Shown: positions 31,607 to 32,008 of the stretch, one piece after another
Position numbering within the stretch: position 1 is the stretch's first letter
Layout: each line of letters starts with the position of its first letter
NCBI GenBank assembly: GCA_000826855.1
Contig: JTLS01000096.1
Span: forward strand, 1 to 32,008
Length of the DNA stretch: 32,008 nt
Direction of reading: 5' to 3'
Source of the DNA: Basidioascus undulatus
Taxonomy: Eukaryota
Program-made: the position numbers and the translations under genes
The notes under the pieces: model-generated
Told to the model about the DNA's origin: nothing
The model's input: the letters and a program-made list of their open reading frames with translations, nothing else
Databases searched by the model: none

Positions 31607-32008
31607 TGTAAAACACTGCCTCGCTGAGGGCCCAGCGTCACTGGGCGTCCCGCGTCGGCATCGCGTTAAGCTGTCCCGCTTGGCTCACAGGGCCCGCCCG
31701 CGGCGGGGCGTCACCTACGAGTCCGTCCTGAGCAAGGCGAACTCTGCTCTCCATTGCCCGGATGAGCGTCATCATCCGTATCGTTGGTCCCGCGGGTTAA
31801 GCGGACCCGCCATGGCTGGCGTTACAGGCGTCCCCCTCGGCACTAGCGCAAAACTGCCTTATGTACACCTTCCCCTATGCCCCTCCTACCACTGGGCCCG
31901 CTTAAACGGCCCATTCCGCGTGGCTCCGCGTTAAGAGAGCCTCGCCTGGCTAGGCGTTAAGAACCCCGCCCTCGGCACGACGAACTGCCCCGCGTCCTCC
32001 TTACCCTC
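31607..32008. mobile_element. Probable transposon terminus (LTR-like), truncated by the window edge
   Basis: Begins TGTAAAAC right where UNC-93 homology stops. Abrupt shift to GC-rich non-coding sequence with recurring GCGTTAAG-like and CACTGGGC/GGGCCCGC motifs. No TE protein visible. Confidence 0.4.

Noticed and set aside
1..32008. Prokaryotic systems (CRISPR arrays, operons) or an alternative genetic code explaining the broken ORFs
   Set aside because: No repeat-spacer arrays were seen. Intact genes translate with the standard code and use TGA, TAG and TAA as stops; the breaks are explained by introns and indels.

Overview
Eukaryotic, intron-rich fungal genomic DNA. The 60-90 nt introns, GTGCGT/GTCCGT/GTTCGT/GTACGT donors and CTGAC branch points suggest a basidiomycete, probably Pucciniomycotina (inference). 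The six-frame ORF track is largely misleading because the genes are spliced. Splicing by hand gives four intact conserved genes: MMM1 (5 exons, 424 aa), NCS1/frequenin (10 exons, 190 aa), a PX-associated/DUF3818 protein (9 exons, 687 aa) and a secreted PA-domain M28 aminopeptidase Y (15 exons, 522 aa). It also gives an intact-looking 210-aa hypothetical gene, the 5' part of another gene at the left edge, and an intron-containing tRNA-Asp(GUC). Interleaved with these are at least four recognisable, multiply frameshifted pseudogenes (tandem-BRCT, F-box/LRR, a HicA-like-tailed fungal family, UNC-93-like MFS), several fainter relics, and a probable TE/LTR end at the right edge. The most notable signals are (i) an apparent non-canonical AT-AC intron with U2-type signals in the otherwise intact aminopeptidase gene, which also needs a 5-nt microexon, and (ii) selective indel-driven gene decay right next to error-free conserved genes. 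All family calls rest on motif recognition; no database searches were run.
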